DNA of 62,803 nucleotides, filler included, from Craspedostauros australis (taxonomy: Eukaryota): assembly GCA_030167865.1 (NCBI GenBank). It is 3 parts of 3 records of this genome, joined end to end, with 100 filler letters (N's around TTAATTAATTAA, not from the genome) between each part and the next. Parts side by side here need not be neighbours in the genome. Positions count along the whole stretch, not along the records: positions 1 to 29,539 come from JALAGF010003764.1; 2 more parts are not named here. One strand, given 5' to 3'. Position 1 is the stretch's first letter. Each line of letters starts with the position of its first letter. Below the pieces are notes generated by a model. That model did no database searches, was not told the origin of the DNA, and was given only the letters and a program-made list of their open reading frames with translations. This document shows positions 11,125-22,581 of the stretch, one piece after another. Made by a program: the position numbers and the translations under genes.

Positions 11125-11440
11125 TCGTGACGATGGGAAGACAACCTCTTTGTCACCCAACTGCTGTCGACCTATTCGACTTCTGCAATCGTGTTTCTGT
11201 TTCTTGTTCCCGTCGCGCAACAACCACACATCACCGACATCGTCGAATCGAATCGCATCACATCAATCACATCATTTCTCCCAACGTCCGATCGATGCAC
11301 AAAGATCACAGAGGACGACTACACGTACCAATAAAGTATGTTGGAAAGCAGACTTCGCTCACGTACGACTATTGACTTCTCTCCTGTACGATCTATCGTA
11401 CCATATTCGTACATCAACGATACCATCCAATTGCGTCAGC

Positions 11441-13705
11441 ATGGCGTCGCAATCGAGGAGGTGGCGGCGCCCGACGATGTTGCGGATGCTTGCGTCGTTG
11501 CTTTGCATCGGCACAACAGCAGCATTCCAAACTCCTGCGCATGCTCCACTGCAGGTGCATCAGGAATACCGGCATAGGGAGCACACGGAAGCAAGACGGC
11601 AACAGCGAAGGCTCTCAACAACTCTGTGCGCGGCAGGTGCCACATCGCAGCCTCCGCCACCGGCCATCAGCATCAGGGATCTGTCCTGCACTCACAATGG
11701 CGGCCAGACATGGCAGCTGAAGGACGTGTCGTACGTGCTGCCGCGCGGGGCCAAGGCCGCCTTGGTCGGACGCAACGGAACGGGCAAATCGACGCTGCTG
11801 AAGATCCTCGCCGAATGCACGACGTACGATCGATCCGTCGATACCACGGATCAGGGCATGAAGTACACGGGAGAGGTATCATCGCCGCGCGATGTGCGGG
11901 TCGCCTACGTGGAACAGGAACCGCCATCACCGTCAGGCGTCTCGGTGGCAGATTCGCTGCTTGGCATCATCAGCGAGAACGATGGCAACGCCGGATCCGC
12001 GGATGGCGCAGCGTCGGGCAAGCAATCGGTCTTTTCCGTCGTGCGACGGTACCGGCGAGCCGTCGAGAATATCGATACGGATCCGGAAGGCTTCGCGGAT
12101 GCGAGCGTCGCGATGGATTCGTCGAATGGCTGGGACGTGCTGACCAAGGCGGAAGAAGTCGCGACGAAGTTGCGGGTGCAGCATCTGCAAGATCAGCTGT
12201 TGGCCAACCTCTCCGGCGGAGAACGCAAGCGCGTGGCCTTGGCGGCAGCGTTGGCACAGGAACCGGATGTCATCCTCCTCGATGAACCGACGAACTTCCT
12301 GTCGTTGGCTGGCGTGCAGTGGCTTGGCGACGTGCTGGAATCGGATCCCAAGTTGACCATCCTCATGGTGACGCATGACCGACTGTTCCTTGATGACGTT
12401 TGCGACAGGGTGCTGGAGTTGGACTACGGCTCGCTCTACTCATACGAGGGCAACTATCAGGCATATCTGGAGGGCAAAGAAGCGCGCATGGCGTCCGAGG
12501 ACGCTGCGGTGCAGTCAGCGAAGGCCAAATTCAGGGTGGAGCTGGAATGGATGCGACGCCAGCCACAAGCACGCGCATCCAAATCCAAGGCCCGCATAGA
12601 GGCGTTCTACAAGCTGGAGAAGTCCACCAAGCCAAAGCCACGCGATCCCAATCTGTCCATCGACCAAGGCCAGCAACGTCGGTTGGGTGGCAAGATCCTC
12701 AGCATGCGAGGAGTCAGCCTCAGCTACGGAGATCGGCGCATGCTCAATGACTTCAGCTATGACTTCCTGAAAGGCGATCGTATCTGCCTGGCGGGTGCCA
12801 ACGGCGTGGGAAAGACCACCTTCCTCAACGTTCTCACAGGAGATCAACCCGCGGATAGCGGCCAGATCGAGCGAGGCGAGACGCTGGCGATGGGAGTGTA
12901 CGACCAGCAAGGGCTCGACATTGAAGACCCGCAACAGACCCTCATGGACTTTGTGGTGGAGAGGGTGCAGGCCAGGGAGGGCCATCCAGGTCAGGCGGAG
13001 GGCCAGAGCGAGGCGCGCAAGCTCCTCAACCGGTTCGAATTCCCGCGCCAGCGATGGAACGAGTGCGTTTCCATCCTCTCCGGTGGCGAGAAACGGCGCA
13101 TGCAAATGCTCTCCGTGCTCTCGCAGCAACCCAACTGCCTCATCATGGACGAACCTTCCGTGGATTGTGACCTGAACACTCTCACGGCGCTGGAGACCTA
13201 CTTGCAGGAGTTCGATGGCGTTCTCATCATCGTCAGTCACGACCGGGCGTTCGCCGACAAGGTCAGCGATCATCTGTTCGTCTTCGAAGGTGACGGAGAA
13301 GTGAAGGATTTTTCCGGGACGTTGTCGGAGTACGCATCGACGCTGGTGGAGCTCGAATCGAAGCAAATCTCTGGAGATATATCTGCAGCGTCAACTTCTG
13401 GTGCTGCGCACGCTGGCGAAGACAAGAAGACGAATTACAAGGAGGACAAGGCAAAGCGCAACGAGGAGCGCAACAAGCTCAGGCGCGCCAAGAAGGACAT
13501 TGATAATCTGGAGAAGGCGATGGACAAGCTGAAGACCAAGGCGGCCAAACTGCAGAGCGAGATTGATTCCAGCGCCGATGAAGGATGGACGGTTCTTGCT
13601 GATCTGACAGCCAAGCTCGATGAAGTCAACGAGCAAGTCGATGAGAAGGAGATGGCGTGGATGGAGTTGGCGGAATTCGTCGAGCAGGCGGAGGCCGATG
13701 AGTAG
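11441..13705 (+). CDS. ABC-F family ATPase (Uup/YheS-like), plastid-targeted
   Basis: Two ABC cassettes (GRNGTGKST/LSGGE/LLDEPTN and GANGVGKTT/LSGGE/MDEP), ELEWMRRQPQAR linker, C-terminal coiled coil, no TM. Signal peptide ends TAA-F. Confidence 0.92.
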   Translation: MASQSRRWRRPTMLRMLASLLCIGTTAAFQTPAHAPLQVHQEYRHREHTEARRQQRRLSTTLCAAGATSQPPPPAISIRDLSCTHNGGQTWQLKDVSYVLPRGAKAALVGRNGTGKSTLLKILAECTTYDRSVDTTDQGMKYTGEVSSPRDVRVAYVEQEPPSPSGVSVADSLLGIISENDGNAGSADGAASGKQSVFSVVRRYRRAVENIDTDPEGFADASVAMDSSNGWDVLTKAEEVATKLRVQHLQDQLLANLSGGERKRVALAAALAQEPDVILLDEPTNFLSLAGVQWLGDVLESDPKLTILMVTHDRLFLDDVCDRVLELDYGSLYSYEGNYQAYLEGKEARMASEDAAVQSAKAKFRVELEWMRRQPQARASKSKARIEAFYKLEKSTKPKPRDPNLSIDQGQQRRLGGKILSMRGVSLSYGDRRMLNDFSYDFLKGDRICLAGANGVGKTTFLNVLTGDQPADSGQIERGETLAMGVYDQQGLDIEDPQQTLMDFVVERVQAREGHPGQAEGQSEARKLLNRFEFPRQRWNECVSILSGGEKRRMQMLSVLSQQPNCLIMDEPSVDCDLNTLTALETYLQEFDGVLIIVSHDRAFADKVSDHLFVFEGDGEVKDFSGTLSEYASTLVELESKQISGDISAASTSGAAHAGEDKKTNYKEDKAKRNEERNKLRRAKKDIDNLEKAMDKLKTKAAKLQSEIDSSADEGWTVLADLTAKLDEVNEQVDEKEMAWMELAEFVEQAEADE

Positions 13706-14237
13706 GCGCGTGAGTGGGCGCACCTTTCATCAATCAGTCTCCTCCAAGGAGACAATGAGAACTCGAAGACTCTCCACAGCAAATCGATCAGATCGCCTTC
13801 ATCCCGAAACGATGCAGACAGACCAAGCGTAATCGATAGAGACAAGCACTCCCCAGCTGTCGTCAAAATAGACTGGCAGGCTGGCAGAGAAACAGGCAGA
13901 CACACCGTTCTAACAGAGTTTTGTTCGCGGCAGCAGTTTAGCGTTGTGAGATGAACAAGAGTTGGTATGAATGGATAGGCGTTGGGATATGATGTATCGG
14001 TAGACTACTCGTATTATATATAATAATATGTCTGTATCCCCATGTTTGGGAAACTAATAATGTGAAAGAGCATGGCCATTTCATTTGTATTGTGCTTGAG
14101 AAGCCCGACAGGACATTGTGAGTGTATCATGGACGGCGGGTAGCAGAGAGTGGGCACTGCTGTACGTAGAGGCGCACGGAGATACGCGCTGAGCATGCAC
14201 ATTGATGTATGGTACGAGCACGAAAGGGAGAGCAAGC

Positions 14238-15155
14238 TCATGCATTGAGCTCGTCTCCTCTGCTCGCATCTGAATCGTTAGCAACCTCTTCGTTGTCTGC
14301 GTCGGCTCCGCCTGTATTGTCGCCGCCGGCTCCGAGCTTCTCGTACTCTGCCTTTTCGTACACATCCCTCGTGATGGTTGGCGTTGCCACTAAGAAATTG
14401 CAAACCACGTCGATGACTTTCAACGCCGTGCCGATGGCCAAGGCTATCATGCCGTTTCCAGCACTCCAATCAAAATCGACTACGAATGTGCCTTGCCCGT
14501 CGTTTTGCACCACGCTGCCGCCAGAGACACTGAATATAATCTCGCCGTCGAAGAAGCCATCGAAGCAGGCGTTCTTGTATGACAACAACGTGGACAGCGA
14601 CGACACAATCGAGATGATCGCAAGGATGGTGGCAAATCCTTTCTGGCAGTTGACATCGTAGTTCTCGTACATCCGAAGTATATCCGTTGCCAAGGACGGG
14701 ATGAAGGTGACGGCGGACATGATGACGGTGGCTACCAGACCACTGGACACGTCGTTGCATTCGTCGCAGGCGTCCGTCATTGTGAATTCTCTCACGTCAA
14801 ATTCGTCGTTGAACGAGAAGTCGCAGAGCTCATCAAATCCAACAACCGTCTTGATCCCGCTTCTGCTCTCGTCGAATGCAATCGCCTTGAGACCAATGTC
14901 CACTTTCAATGATGCGGAGCTGTCGGGACCTCCCGTGATGTCTCCTGAACTGAAGGACGTCCGCTGCAGACTATCGAAGTCCTCGCTGATTGCGAAGCAC
15001 GCATAAATGGTCAGGACCATACCGATGAAGTTGGCGATGAGACCAACGAGAAGGACGTTGTATCGCAGAGACTTCTTGGTCATGAAACCGATTGTTCCCC
15101 AACAACGACAAAATCGATTCTCTTCCATGAGACCAGGGCACCTGCATCGTCCCAT
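14238..15155 (-). CDS. Multi-pass (about 4 TM) membrane protein, claudin/amastin-like topology
   Basis: Four hydrophobic segments, a large first loop with paired Cys (DACDEC) and an acidic tail. Start chosen at MGRCRC. Confidence 0.7.
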   Translation of the reverse strand: MGRCRCPGLMEENRFCRCWGTIGFMTKKSLRYNVLLVGLIANFIGMVLTIYACFAISEDFDSLQRTSFSSGDITGGPDSSASLKVDIGLKAIAFDESRSGIKTVVGFDELCDFSFNDEFDVREFTMTDACDECNDVSSGLVATVIMSAVTFIPSLATDILRMYENYDVNCQKGFATILAIISIVSSLSTLLSYKNACFDGFFDGEIIFSVSGGSVVQNDGQGTFVVDFDWSAGNGMIALAIGTALKVIDVVCNFLVATPTITRDVYEKAEYEKLGAGGDNTGGADADNEEVANDSDASRGDELNA

Positions 15156-16499
15156 GTTTGTTGAATTACATGTGCAACATGATGTTGGAGGTGTGGAGCA
15201 TGAGATGGAATTAGGAGTAGAGTCATGAGGAATGGGTAAATGAGGAACTAGCAGTATGATACAATACATCAGTTGTGTGGCAAGCTGAATATTGGTGGTG
15301 AGGAATCATAGAGAGACCAGCGCTGATGCATGACGTAGTCCAGACTCTGGTTGATGGTGACTTACATCTTTACGCATGGAGGCACCCAGCAGAGGGTGCA
15401 GCATGGACGCGAATCTCCATACTTGGACTTTCCATCTGAGCGATCTCGCAGCCACTGCCGGTTCTCGGCGTGCGTTGGTTTGCGATCGTCTTTCGTCATC
15501 GTGACTCTTTGTCCTTCGTGTGTTTGGTTCTCGTACGGGTGCGCTGAAGTGCGATGAAGTACGTGCAAGGTGCTTTATTCAATTTATGAGGCTTTGGCGT
15601 TTGAAAAGCAGCGTCGCAAGTTCAGGCTGTCTCTTGATTTTGATCACAATTCAGAAGTTGTCAGAACGAGTACCGCGAAGATTGGTGTGTGTCATGTTCC
15701 CTGGATTCGGGATCCTGTGTTGCGGAGGCGGAGAGGTCGGCGAAGCGAGTCGTTTCGTGATGTTGGTGTTGCTGACCACAGAGGAACCAACAGCCGGGAA
15801 GAACACCAACAAGAAAATCGACACCACGCAACATCTTTCTCCGCCTCTCCGTCCGAAACGGCAACGCGTGTTGTGCTGCGTGCGTTGTGTTTTCTCTGGA
15901 CTCTTTTGTGTGGGTCTCCATTCACACATCACCTTTCCACATCACATCAACTCTCCGACTCACCTCTCCACCTCACTTCTCTGTCTCTTGGTTGCTTCTC
16001 GCTCACTGGTCTTGGTTGGAGATACGCTTTGCTCATTCGCTGCGTGTGCCCAGCGTGAGCCACATTCGCACAGAACATCTCCTGGAACATCTCCTGGAAC
16101 ATCAAAGCCACGCAAAGAGAATGTCCTGCGAAAGATACAAATCAGTTGATAGCGCGTCAGATGCGCCTCCAACAAGCAAAGCTCTGTGCAAATATCGATA
16201 ATCGTATCAGTGTCCATTAATATCGCAACCACAGTAATGAAAACCACGTACAAGCTAACACATGCGTATTCTTTAAAAATGGGTAGAATACGCCTTCCAA
16301 AACTGTGCGAGGGAAGGGTATCTTCAAGTTTGCCAAGGCGCGTGGTTCCATGATTCAGGGATCAGCTTCCACAAAGAGAAACGCTCCACCACAACAACTG
16401 CTGGACCAACACCCAACCTGTCCTGTTCTGTCCTCTGTGTGTGTGTTGTGGGGTGTCATTCATGGGCTGGCTTCACCGGTGATCTTTCTGCAGAAGCGT

Positions 16500-17240
16500 G
16501 AAGTCGTCAGCCTGGGCTCTGCCATCGTCACCATCAATCATCACCATTGCAACTGTCACTGCTGTTTTCATACTGCCACTACAATTCCAAGAACAACTTC
16601 CAACCAGGCTTACAGACATGCAACCCCCCTGAGTAGAGTAGAGCAGAGTGGAGTAGAGAAGTCTACTTTGCATCCCTCTGATTGGATCAGGGCAAGCGAC
16701 AATGAAGCAATCCCATCTCCATTTTGCAGGCAGTTCAGATAATAGAGCCCAAATGTTATGGCTTATCACTTGGTAGCTGTTGTTGGCTGTAGAGGCTTGA
16801 TTGGCAAGCAGGTTTGGACAAGAGTCTTCTGTTCCACAAGTAGTTGATTGAGAATACTGGTAGATGGTGAAGAAACATGCGGATTATGAGATTAGTGCTA
16901 TGGTTCTTCCCTGTGGGGAGGGTCTCTTGTGGTGTCCTGAGTGACAGTGTGTATGGGTCGCATAGCCCAAGTACTGTGGGTCAAGATCCCTTGGCTGAGT
17001 TCTGTGAGAGACAAGGGGTGATGATGTGCATTACTGAGGCACCATTCCCATGTGTCAGCATTTTGGCAAGGATGGGTTTCAGTGGCCTGGTTATCGGAAT
17101 CCTTCTGGTTCCTTGACACAGGTTCCAAAGATCTGCTTCAATGTTCTGGATCGGTCCCCAAACGTGGGGGCTGGTGGGGTGTGTATTCGATCTACTGGAC
17201 TGCTGACAGGTCAAATGGTTCGTAGTGTCTCCCCCTAAGG
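16500..17240. mobile_element. Probable degenerate transposon relic (CpG-depleted island)
   Basis: About 7 CpG counted in 16741-17240 versus CpG-rich flanking genes. No clean ORF. (GAGTA)n-like repeat at ~16631-16660. Confidence 0.4.
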
Positions 17241-17353
17241 TAGGTACTAGTTTAGCTCTATTAGACTCTTTGCGAATCAATTCGATGCCACTCACACGAT
17301 TACTGCATAGTCTACTTCTCAAATCAATACTCCTGCAAGGTATCTTGAGTTGA

Positions 17354-18913
17354 CTACTGGATCGATCCGATGCCTGCCTTATCGACAGCAGTCGAAGCCT
17401 GGAAGTTGCCCTGCAAACCAGCCGTGGTCGGCGCTTCTTTCGACATGTGCTTGGCGAGGCGACGGCCGCTTTCCCATGCTCCACCGATGGAGGGATCCAG
17501 GAGCCAGTCGCCGCATGCGCCAACACCATGCTGATTGTCATACAAGAATCCGTCCGCCGTCTCGTCTTCGGCCTTCCATGCATTGACGGGAACGGCGGCG
17601 CCCCACAGCTGGACCCGTCGTTCCAAAATCGCATCGGCAAGACTGGCCTCGGGCAGCACAAGCGATTGCTCCAAGGAGGCGAGCAGCTTCTCCGTGACGT
17701 TCTGCTGCAGGTCGGCCGGGAGGAACTCTTGCGGGCCCTTGTTTGCCTTGCCGAATTTGGCCGACGACAGCACAGTCCAAACCTCGACGTCGTCTCCACT
17801 GCCTTCGCTGTCGTACTTGCGGGTGTTGGAGGACAAGAACTTCAGGTTCGGGCTGTTCCTGACGAAGCCAGAGACGAAGTCATTCGGAACGGCCTTGGAG
17901 AGAGCGCTATTCTTTGGCAGCGCAAAGCACACGGAGTAGATTGAGTTCAGCGTCATTTGACGTCCTCCGTCCTTGGGTACATACGGTGCGAACTTGACAC
18001 GCAGAAGCTTGTGAAGATCCTTTGCGGGGGTTTTGGACATGAGACGATCCGCGCACTTGCCGTTGTGCGCGATGACGAGGTGATCGAATTCTTCACGGCC
18101 GTTGTTGCCGAACACCTGCCAATGCCCATTGCTGTGGCCGTTCGATGGTGCGACATACCGAACGCCGTTGCTAGGTGACACCCACACGTCCTGCTGTACA
18201 TCGAATGCTCCGCGTTTGGCCATGGTGCATGGGATGGCACCCATGCCGGACGTGCCATGATAGAAATTACCCTTCAACGCTTGGTAGCGGACCTTCTTCT
18301 TGTCGTACGTCTTCGTTTTGCGGTCGTAGGGATTGAGGATGTTGTACACTGAGTTGCTCGGAAACCGCTTCACTGTGCCTGCCTCCTCCCACGCTTTCAC
18401 CTGTTCAGCGAATTCCGAGAATCCGTCTGGAATGCTGAGAATCTGCGCTGTGTGGTCCACGGTGACCTTGCTGATGTGTTCCAGACCTTTGACGGAGGCA
18501 TCGTCCTTCTTCTTTGGTCTGTCATTCGGTTGCCGCGACGAGCACCGTCCACCAGGTCGCAATCTTCCCGTGTCGAAGACGGTGGGAACGAACTTCCCGC
18601 TCTCCGTCAGCGCCTGCGCGCAGCTGAGACCCGCGATGCCACCACCGATGATGGCAACCGTCTCTCCCTTTTTGCTCATGTCTTGTGAGTTGGAATGCGC
18701 GTGCGTCGCGGTGATGGTTTTGACAGAAGCTGCCGACCGTACCTCGCGATCGACAGCCTGACCAATCAATCGATTCGATCGCGAAAGGCGACAACTCTCG
18801 ACGCTCCGTGAAGAGTAGACTGCCGACCGAAATGCGGATGCCGACGGCAGCAGAATTGGGAGAACGCAACACGCAATCGCACGCAGGGATGATATTCCTT
18901 GTCTCTTCGCCAT
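17354..18913 (-). CDS. Renalase-like NAD/FAD-dependent oxidoreductase, plastid-targeted
   Basis: VAIIGGGIAGLSCA Rossmann motif, PGGRCSSR, DHTAQ and C-terminal GACGDWLLDPSIGGAWESGRRLA. Signal peptide ends SASA-F. Confidence 0.88.
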   Translation of the reverse strand: MAKRQGISSLRAIACCVLPILLPSASAFRSAVYSSRSVESCRLSRSNRLIGQAVDREVRSAASVKTITATHAHSNSQDMSKKGETVAIIGGGIAGLSCAQALTESGKFVPTVFDTGRLRPGGRCSSRQPNDRPKKKDDASVKGLEHISKVTVDHTAQILSIPDGFSEFAEQVKAWEEAGTVKRFPSNSVYNILNPYDRKTKTYDKKKVRYQALKGNFYHGTSGMGAIPCTMAKRGAFDVQQDVWVSPSNGVRYVAPSNGHSNGHWQVFGNNGREEFDHLVIAHNGKCADRLMSKTPAKDLHKLLRVKFAPYVPKDGGRQMTLNSIYSVCFALPKNSALSKAVPNDFVSGFVRNSPNLKFLSSNTRKYDSEGSGDDVEVWTVLSSAKFGKANKGPQEFLPADLQQNVTEKLLASLEQSLVLPEASLADAILERRVQLWGAAVPVNAWKAEDETADGFLYDNQHGVGACGDWLLDPSIGGAWESGRRLAKHMSKEAPTTAGLQGNFQASTAVDKAGIGSIQ

Positions 18914-18940
18914 TACGAGGATGCTACAACTGTGATGATG

Positions 18941-18977
18941 GCTTGATCGCTTGATCGCTTGATCGCTTGATCGCTTG
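18941..18977. repeat. 8-bp tandem repeat (GCTTGATC)x4 just upstream of the oxidoreductase start
   Basis: gcttgatcgcttgatcgcttgatcgcttgatcgcttg. Confidence 0.85.
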
Positions 18978-20042
18978 ACGAGTTGTTGGCTACAATTTCT
19001 CGTCTCGTGTTGTTGTGTTGGATTGGATTGTGGATGGCCATGAGTGTCTGTTGTCTGCGACGCCATGTTCACCACGCACAGAGTTCGTTTCATGTGATCC
19101 GTTGTGTGACGTTTCGTTGGGTTGCGTTGCGTTGGTTTGATGTTGGTTCTTTGGTTGTGACTGGGACTGGGACTGGGACTGACGCCACCTCGTGACTGAA
19201 CCCCATGCGGGAGTAACCATACCCTTGTTGTTCTCACCATGGCGGATTGCGCCCTTGGCCTTTTTTGGCGCGAGTTGGACACTCGTGTTCGGAGACAGAG
19301 AGTTTGTTGGCGAACGCTACCTTGACGATGGCTTTGCCAAAGCGAAAGGCCGCGCAATTTGCACGAGCAACGCCCACAGCTGTTCGCCTACACTCACATG
19401 TATAATAACAGTTGCAATACAAGAAGGAGTCTCGCGTGTCTATCCTCGGATTCCACACTCGATTCTGTGGCCATCAAACTTCTTTTTCTCCGTTCTATTC
19501 TTCCACATCCCAGGAATCTGCTGTGCAGGTTCATTGGCATCAAACAGAACGGCGCGTGTGCTTTTGATGTCGACGGAGTTCGGCTTGCAATGGTTCTCGT
19601 TACACCACAAGCTTCTTTCGTGCGACCCCAGATGGAGGGCCTCTCCTGTTCTTCTTCCAGCAATGTTGCTTGCTTGCCTCATGATGGGCAACGACCTTCA
19701 CACCAGCATTAGCACCCATCGCAGTCATTTGTCCAAACAGAACGGGCCATGCTACTCGTAGGTGTTCGTAGCTATGGTACCACGCCATCCTCATCTCTCT
19801 ACCAGACCAGAGCGGAGGTAGATCCCACGTTTCGCCATAGTTCGAGATCGACCCCCAACATCGAACGCATCTGCATCATAATTCGATGACCAGCCGATCT
19901 GATTTCATCACACAACACACAATTCGAGCACACCAAAGTGCCATAATCTCAAAGCAAACACCAAAACACAAACCAAGGCTCTGTTTACCAGTGGCCAACA
20001 CAACATCCACAACACACAATCACAATCACAACCACCAGCAAC

Positions 20043-22168
20043 ATGGACGCCGACGTGAAGACCAAGGTATATTTCGCATTCGATGAGCGGATGGCACTCC
20101 ACCGTCCTCCCAATCTCACCAATGATCAGGACGATCCCGACTTTGTCTTTGAGCGACCGGCTCGCCTGATCGCAATCTCAAAGAAGCTCATGGGATTGGA
20201 GGAACGGCTCATGCGCGAGCAGTTCCAAAGGATGCAAGCTGCAGCTGAAAAGGATGACGACGATGATGATGACAACGAAGATAACGACTACGAAACCCTT
20301 CGTGCGGTTAAGGGCGGGGACACCCTACCTAATACCATCCCATGCTGCTGCCTTCAGGCAGATAGATTGATGTACCGTCGCTTCATCCCGTTGCCCTGCA
20401 CGCCGGCTTCGCGCGAGACCGTATGCCTGGCCCATTCGAGGGACTACTACCAACGCATGACCCAGCTCCCTAACATGAGCGATCGCGATCTCAAACGATT
20501 GAATGGAGTCGACAGCGACCTCTACTACTGCCGCGACACCTTCCTCGCCGCCTCCATGGCCGTCGGTGGTTGTATCGAGTGCGTCGACGCCGTGACGGAT
20601 CCAGATAGCAAAGCAAATAGCGGCATCGCCGTGGTCCGGCCTCCGGGACACCATGCCGAAAAGAACCATGCCATGGGTACGTACTGTGTGAAGTTTGACA
20701 TGAATCTGGATCTGAAGGATCATGTCAACGCGAATGTGAATGTAAATGTGGTCTACGCTGCGAGGATAGTGACAGACACCCGAATGAGAAGGTTTGGCAT
20801 CGCACCGCACCCTCTCCGTCGATGCCAGTACTTTGGTCGTGTGGAGGTTATTCTCGTTGGCGTCATTTTGCATCGGGGAATAAAATTGCTGTTCTCGTCA
20901 CCGTGTGCGCCCACCCAACCATCCAAAGCCTCTATCACTCCTGAGCAACCTGTTGTTCTCATTGTCGTCCGCCTATGTACTCGTGTGTATGATGCGACCA
21001 CGCCAATCAATGGAATGCTCTTGTGCACTCTCGACATCACTCACCTCACCATCACCAACACTATGGCTATACTTTACTTTGGTAAACTGTGCCTTTTGCA
21101 CGCATTTTGCATTTCCATCACATCTGCACTTCCGCAGGCTTTTGCTTCTTCAACAATGTCGCCATTGCTGCGAAGCACGCCATCGCCACTGGCCGCGCTA
21201 ATCGCGTGTTCATTCTGGATTGGGATATCCATCATGGAAATGGCATCCAGAACTTGACGTATGATGATCCCAACATCTTCTACGTCTCCATCCACCGTGG
21301 CCCAAGCCAAAGCCACAAAAAGGGAAGCGGAAAGAAACCCCGTCGCCGTGCGCAGGATGCTCTGTCGTACTTCTACCCGGGCACGGGACACGTTGATGAA
21401 ACAGGCAAGAACGAAGGCCTCGGATCCAATCTGAACATCGCCTGGGGACGTGAAGGCATGGGCAACGTGGAGTACGCTGCGGCTTTTGCTGAGCTCGTGC
21501 TGCCCGTCATGCAATCCTTCGGCCCTGACCTCATCCTCGTTGCCTGCGGGTTGGATGCTGCTGCTGGCGATTTGTTGGGCGATTGTGGGCTAACGCCAGA
21601 GATGTACTACATCATGACATCCAGCCTGCTGCAAACTACAGGACGTTCAATCCCCATGGTGGTAGTTCTCGAGGGTGGGTACCAGCTCGACGTCATCTCC
21701 AACTGCATGGAGGCTGTTGCGTTGGCCCTTTTGGATGAACCATGGGACGGTAACAAGACGACGGAGCGCGATGTGGAGCAGAGCCTGTCACGGTACTGGC
21801 GACATGAATTCATGCAAACCACGTCGCACGCAAGGCGCCGTGTGTCGGACGAATCTCTGGCAACGGCAGCAACGGATTCGGCTGCAGTCGCAGCGACATC
21901 ATCCTCGCCGTCAGGAAGCACACCGGCAACTGCGCTGGTGCATGCCGTATCGTCCATCAAAGAAGCTGCACAGGCGTTGGCCTTGTCTCAATCTTCACTT
22001 GGTGCATACAACTGCATCCAAAGCCCAAACGGCTTCACTTGCCCGAATTGTGCTGGGCATTGCAAGAAGCGCCGCATGATGTTGTTAGAGAGCGATCTGT
22101 ACCCCATGAAGAAGCAAATCCTTGTCCGTAGCTACAAGGAGCGAAGCCATTCACCTTCTGTGATTTAG
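20043..22168 (+). CDS. Class II-type histone deacetylase; exons 20043-20676 and 21138-22168
   Basis: ERPARL and RPPGHHA. GT..AG intron 20677-21137 restores AMG/FCFFNN. DWDIHHGNG, GLDAAAGD and LEGGY are intact. Confidence 0.92.
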
Positions 22169-22581
22169 GATAGGCGTTGCTGGCGGCCGTGACCAAAACG
22201 GCGACAGCGATGGTTGCATTCATGATCATGTCGACGGCTGCTGGCATTTCCAATGCAAACCGGTCTCAGAGATGAAGGGAGCATCGCAGGTGAAATTGAT
22301 ACAATTGACGCTCCGATCAAATTCATCTTCTCTACTCTCAACAAACCATACATCTACATTCACCTTTTAAGTTCAGCTTCGTCGACGAGTCAAGTGGCTC
22401 ACTTTGTAACTTGCCTCTTGATTCCGCCTGAAACATGGTCACAAGTAGTCCCCGTACGCACGAAGATATGACGAAAGATGCCACACTCTTCGGTTGACCG
22501 AAATGGAAAGACATCAGGGAGAGCAAGAGCAAGAGAGAGGAACGCGATCACTGCCTCTTGTTGTTGTTGCTGCTGCTGCTG

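Noticed and set aside
11150..11440. N-terminal extensions given by the ORF track (also 18914-19357, 25285-25725, 32470-32937)
   Set aside because: They begin at non-ATG codons and look like UTR. Downstream ATGs give proper signal peptides or N-termini.
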